Virus record (IMG/VR): IMGVR_UViG_3300017756_000040
Location: 1 to 37,887 of that record
DNA length: 37,887 bases
From: a virus
Taxonomy: Duplodnaviria > Caudoviricetes
Reading direction: 5' to 3' (one strand)
The position numbers and the translations under genes are program-made. Shown here in pieces: positions 34,081 to 37,887 of the stretch. A model generated the notes under the pieces. That model was given only the letters and a program-made list of their open reading frames with translations, made no database searches and was not told where the DNA came from. Numbering within the stretch: position 1 is the first letter of the stretch; each line of letters starts with the position of its first letter.

Positions 34081-34875
34081 TTAAAATGGTGCTTCTTCAG
34101 CCTCTCCATTATTTTTTGATGTACTACCGTCTTGTTCATGTTTAACTTCAACGTCACCTTGTTTAGCCGAAGACATAAACTCTTTAGCTACCATAGCAGT
34201 GTCTATATCTGTTTGACCTTCTTGGTTTACTGTAAAGACATTCCATGTGCCCTTATCGTTAGACATAGAACTTGTACCTAACTTATAGGTAAAAGCGAAC
34301 ATAGGTGCTTGAACAGAAGTTCCTGCACTATTTTTCACTCTAGCCATTCTAAGCATAGTTAACCATTTCCTAGCTATACCGAGTTGGGTAGAGGTCATAG
34401 TTATAAGTGCTTGTTGAGGATGAGGTTCAGTAACTAAGACGAAAAACTGTGCAGTTTCTACAATCTCGTTACCGTTCTGTAAATAATGACGTCTAGTTTG
34501 TTCATCTCTTTTACAAGATTTTAAAATAGATATGTCATGATTAGCGTCTACTAATCCTCCTCCTTTCTCTCTGGGAATCCACTCTATATACTTTTTAGAG
34601 TAAGCACAAGGTACTACTGAAATACCTTCATTCCCGTCGTACACTTCACCACTGACCGTATTTATTAGGTCACCAGCAGAAGCACCTTCGATATAGTTTC
34701 CACTATTCTTATTTAGTTGTGGGGACATTGGTTGGAGTAAACGTATAAAGGGGATAGCATAATCCTCCGTTGTAGCCTCCTCTAAGCCAGTTCCCGCAGA
34801 TAACAAAGAATCATCATATGCCGCTACTGCGGTAGACTTCTTCTCTGCAACCTCTGTGTTTTGCGTATTCGCCAT
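34081..34875 (-). CDS. putative single-stranded DNA-binding protein
   Basis: IPFIRLLQPMSPQ, YIEW.PR, acidic C-terminal tail EAEEAPF; in the replication module. Confidence 0.65.
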   Translation of the reverse strand: MANTQNTEVAEKKSTAVAAYDDSLLSAGTGLEEATTEDYAIPFIRLLQPMSPQLNKNSGNYIEGASAGDLINTVSGEVYDGNEGISVVPCAYSKKYIEWIPREKGGGLVDANHDISILKSCKRDEQTRRHYLQNGNEIVETAQFFVLVTEPHPQQALITMTSTQLGIARKWLTMLRMARVKNSAGTSVQAPMFAFTYKLGTSSMSNDKGTWNVFTVNQEGQTDIDTAMVAKEFMSSAKQGDVEVKHEQDGSTSKNNGEAEEAPF

Positions 34876-34876
34876 A

Positions 34877-35455
34877 TTACACCTTTTTTATAGTTGCTTT
34901 AGTGCCTACAAAGACACCAAATGGTTCACTTGGAATATCCACTCCATTACTAAGTTGTTCTTTTACGAACGCTTTTAAAGTACTAGGGTGAATGCTTTGA
35001 CGTATTTCTGGAGCTAGTCCTCGAGATTTTAGAGCGTCTACAGTTTCATTAACTACAACATCTTCATCTCTACCGAATTTTAGAAGTACTTCATTTTTAA
35101 TAAGTCCTTCGTGTCCGTTACGAACAAGCCAGTCATAAGCCATTTGTTGATTAGCTTTAGAAATATGAGCACCATAGTAATCTCCTATAGTAATCTTTTC
35201 TCCGCTATTCAAGATTATTTCCGTTAGCCCTGCAGTTTGCATAGCGTCGGGAAGTTCTTGTTCAGCTACTAATCTAAGTTCTTCTTTTTTAACCTTTATA
35301 GCTTCTTCTAAATCTTTAAGTTCTTTCTCTAGAGTCAGCTGTTTATTGGCTAAAGCAGAAACAGTTGAGAGCTCACCGTCAGAAACATCTTTGTCCCAAT
35401 CTGAAACATTTTCTTCTCCGACTAGTTGCTCAAAAGTTGGTTTATTATCTGTCAT
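34877..35455 (-). CDS. conserved replication-module protein (192 aa, coiled coil)
   Basis: LPDAM..WL..NGH..LIKN..IHPSTLKAFVKE motif typical of PolA-phage replication clusters. Confidence 0.65.
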   Translation of the reverse strand: MTDNKPTFEQLVGEENVSDWDKDVSDGELSTVSALANKQLTLEKELKDLEEAIKVKKEELRLVAEQELPDAMQTAGLTEIILNSGEKITIGDYYGAHISKANQQMAYDWLVRNGHEGLIKNEVLLKFGRDEDVVVNETVDALKSRGLAPEIRQSIHPSTLKAFVKEQLSNGVDIPSEPFGVFVGTKATIKKV

Positions 35456-35772
35456 ATTTCTCCTTTCTCGTGTAGGTCTATTTTAACAGGATAGTAAGTA
35501 CCTTCTTGCCTATCCCACTTAAGTATATTATAACGACCCCGATTATAATATGAGGCTACCGAACACGCGACACCAATCGCAGCAGGGTCACCTATCAGTA
35601 ATAAGTAATCTTCATCTTTAAAGTCTTGTAGGGATTGTTTCATCCTTTTTATAGACGGTGAAGCACTTAACATGATATTTGTATTAGAAGGTAACAAGAC
35701 TTCAAAATCACCATACTGCCTAGCAGAAGTAATGTTTCGTCCTGGAACTTCTTGTATAACATATACTGTCAT
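35452..35772 (-). CDS. conserved hypothetical protein (106 aa)
   Basis: AAGGAG SD; VYVIQE..DYLLLIGDP..LKWDR..Y.PV. Confidence 0.7.
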   Translation of the reverse strand: MTVYVIQEVPGRNITSARQYGDFEVLLPSNTNIMLSASPSIKRMKQSLQDFKDEDYLLLIGDPAAIGVACSVASYYNRGRYNILKWDRQEGTYYPVKIDLHEKGEI

Positions 35773-35800
35773 GTTTCTCCTTTCTTATTTCTAAGAGCTT

Positions 35801-35832
35801 ACTTTACTTAATATAAACGGCAAAGTAAAGGA
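35801..35832 (-). promoter_or_regulatory. promoter of the replication operon
   Basis: TTTACT-N17-TAAAGT. Confidence 0.72.
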
Positions 35833-36040
35833 TATTATTTTTATTAGTATTTTCAGATTTAAAAAATAAAATTTAAAAAAATTTCTAAAACTACTAATAT
35901 TTTTAATAGACTAATAGATTGTTTTAAAAAACTTAATTTTTATAACGGTTTGTACCCTATTAGTTTTTACTAAAATCTATTAGAGGGCACGGGGAAATAT
36001 TATAACTTCAGTATATTTTGATTTAAATATAAGATATAAT
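35833..36040. other. AT-rich divergent intergenic region, candidate replication origin (copy B)
   Basis: Very AT-rich; CTAATAG/CTATTAG motifs; lies between the primase/SSB operon and the SNF2 helicase. Confidence 0.55.
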
Positions 36041-36064
36041 CCGTTTTAGAAATAAGAAAGTTTT

Positions 36065-37507
36065 ATGAAATATAAGTTTAAAACCGAGCCTTACGGTCAT
36101 CAGTTAGAGGCATTAAAACGCTCTTGGGATAAAGAGGAGTTTGCATATTTCATGGAAATGGGAACAGGTAAATCTAAAGTCCTTATAGATAATATAGCGG
36201 TGCTTTATGATAAAGGTAAAATCAACGCGGCAATAATTATCGCACCAAAAGGTGTTTATGAGAACTGGTCAGGTAGAGAGATACCTACACATTTACCCGA
36301 CCATATAATACATAGGGTAGGTGTATGGAATCCTAACCCTTCTAAAAAAGAAAAAGCAGAATTATTAAAATTATTTGAACCTACTTTAGATTTAAAAATA
36401 TTGGTTATAAATGTTGAAGCGTTTAGTACAAAAAAAGGGGTAAGTTTTGTTGATAAATTTATTAATACACATTTCCCACTGATAGCGGTTGACGAATCAA
36501 CGACTATAAAAAATCCTAAAGCACAACGAACCAAGAACCTTTTAAAACTAGCAGTAAATTGTAAGTATCGTAGAATACTAACTGGATTTCCAGTTACTCA
36601 ATCACCATTAGATTTGTTTAGTCAAAGTGAGTTTTTATCTCCTTCGTTATTAGGGTATGGCTCATACTACTCTTTTCAAAATAGATATGCTCAAATTGTA
36701 AATAGGGCTATGGGGCAAAGAAGTTTTAGACAAGTAGTAGGTTATCAGCATTTAGAAGAATTAAGTAATAAAGTAAATAACTTTTCGTACAGAGTTCTGA
36801 AAAAAGAATGTCTAGATTTACCTGATAAAGTTTATATGCGTAGAGAAGTAGAACTTACTCCTGAACAAAAGAAAGTATATAACGAAATAAAAGATTATGC
36901 TTTAGCTGAATTAGAAAACAATGAACTCGTAAGTGTAACTTCTGTATTAACTCAAATATTAAGACTTCATCAAGTTGTATGTGGTTTTGTAAAACATGAT
37001 AAAGGTGAAGAAGTTGAGATAAAAAATAATCGTGTTGATGAATTATTAAGTATATTAGCAGAAGTACAAGGTAAAACTATTATTTGGGCTAACTATCAAT
37101 ACGATATACGAAGAATATTAAGAGTTTTAGAAGAAACTGTAGGAGCCGAAGCGGTAGCTACTTATTATGGTGATACTCCTGAAGAAGATAGACAAAATAT
37201 AATTAATAAATTTCAAGACCCCGATTCAGAATTAAAATATTTAATTAGTAATGTACAAACTGGTGGGTATGGCATAACGCTTACTGCGGCTAATACAGTT
37301 GTTTATTATTCTAATAATTATGATTTAGAAAAAAGATTACAATCCGAAGACCGTGCTCATAGAATAGGACAAAGCAATAAAGTTACATATATTGATTTAG
37401 TTTCTAAAGGAACTGTTGATGAAAAAATAGTAAAAGCATTAAGAAGTAAATTAAACCTAGCTCAAGAAGTATTAGGTGATGAAAAATGGAGAGATTGGAT
37501 TGCTTAA
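36065..37507 (+). CDS. SNF2-family (SF2) helicase
   Basis: MEMGTGKS, VDEST, ILTGFP, QTGGYGITL, QSEDRAHRIGQ. Confidence 0.92.
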   Translation: MKYKFKTEPYGHQLEALKRSWDKEEFAYFMEMGTGKSKVLIDNIAVLYDKGKINAAIIIAPKGVYENWSGREIPTHLPDHIIHRVGVWNPNPSKKEKAELLKLFEPTLDLKILVINVEAFSTKKGVSFVDKFINTHFPLIAVDESTTIKNPKAQRTKNLLKLAVNCKYRRILTGFPVTQSPLDLFSQSEFLSPSLLGYGSYYSFQNRYAQIVNRAMGQRSFRQVVGYQHLEELSNKVNNFSYRVLKKECLDLPDKVYMRREVELTPEQKKVYNEIKDYALAELENNELVSVTSVLTQILRLHQVVCGFVKHDKGEEVEIKNNRVDELLSILAEVQGKTIIWANYQYDIRRILRVLEETVGAEAVATYYGDTPEEDRQNIINKFQDPDSELKYLISNVQTGGYGITLTAANTVVYYSNNYDLEKRLQSEDRAHRIGQSNKVTYIDLVSKGTVDEKIVKALRSKLNLAQEVLGDEKWRDWIA

Positions 37508-37887
37508 ATTTTATAAAGGAGCTATGAAAGGTTACGACCCTCTTATAGATAAATGGGATAAACCTACTAAACGTGTTTACGAAGGTAGAACTATCGAAGG
37601 TAGAAAAACTAGAGGTTTTGGTAATAGTAAATTTTCGTATGCAGGTAGAAGTTATAATCCAGAAGCTTGGACGCAACCTATGAAATATATTAAAGGTAAT
37701 TTAGAAACTTTTATACGGAGAGAACTTGATATAGAAGTTGATTTTAAATTTTGTTTATGCGGGTATTATGGTGCTGACGGTAAAGGTATACCGCACCATT
37801 CTGATACAGTACCTACGTATAATGATTTAGTTGTATCGCTTTCTTTTGGTGCACCAAGAATATTTCAATGGCCCGCATATGGGGATC
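37500..37887 (+). CDS. AlkB-like 2OG-Fe(II) dioxygenase, truncated by the window end
   Basis: Frame from TTG 37500 (or ATG 37524): ..RKTRGFG..FSYAG..FKFCLCGYY..DGKGIPHHSD..VVSLSFGAPRIF; HxD motif; no stop before the end. Confidence 0.75.
   Translation, partial: MLKFYKGAMKGYDPLIDKWDKPTKRVYEGRTIEGRKTRGFGNSKFSYAGRSYNPEAWTQPMKYIKGNLETFIRRELDIEVDFKFCLCGYYGADGKGIPHHSDTVPTYNDLVVSLSFGAPRIFQWPAYGD

Noticed and set aside
36256-37676. - strand ORFs 36256..36534 and 37404..37676
   Set aside because: Antisense to the SNF2 helicase and AlkB-like frames.
37871-37887. Terminal GGCCCGCATATGGGGATC as genuine coding sequence
   Set aside because: It contains both otherwise avoided tetramers within 17 nt at the window edge; possibly an adapter, vector or low-quality end, so not interpreted.
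1-37887. tRNA genes, integrase, introns/inteins, stop-codon reassignment
   Set aside because: No cloverleaf or T-loop signature noticed, no recombinase motifs, and core genes are uninterrupted and of normal length under the standard code.

Overview
A 37.9 kb, AT-rich fragment of a tailed dsDNA bacteriophage. Its head module (P22-like portal, GroES, HK97-fold capsid) resembles those of marine podovirus-like phages, and a spanin pair points to a Gram-negative host. Almost everything is on the - strand. Left to right: virion, head and packaging genes (1-8700); basic mini-proteins, an ART-like protein, an HNH nuclease and spanins (8700-11977); a repeat-rich, mostly non-coding zone that may hold the genome end (11980-13120); TerS; an early region of small ORFs driven by near-identical sigma70-type promoters with structured leaders (13100-24050); and a replication module (PolA, SF1 helicase, AEP primase, SSB, divergent SNF2 helicase, truncated AlkB-like dioxygenase). 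The main highlight is a translationally coupled thymidine-modification operon upstream of PolA: DenV-like glycosylase, SAM methyltransferase, 5-hmdU DNA kinase (aGPT-Pplase1)-like protein, dUMP-hydroxymethylase-like thymidylate synthase and Nmad1-like protein. No amino acid:DNA transferase is recognisable in the window, which hints at an undescribed methylated 5-hmdU derivative. Other signals are two inverted copies of an origin-like AT element, an H-type pseudoknot abutting a ribosome-binding site, three paralogous wHTH-like genes, three operator-like palindromes and strong GATC/GGCC avoidance. All protein calls come from motifs recognised by eye; no database search was run.
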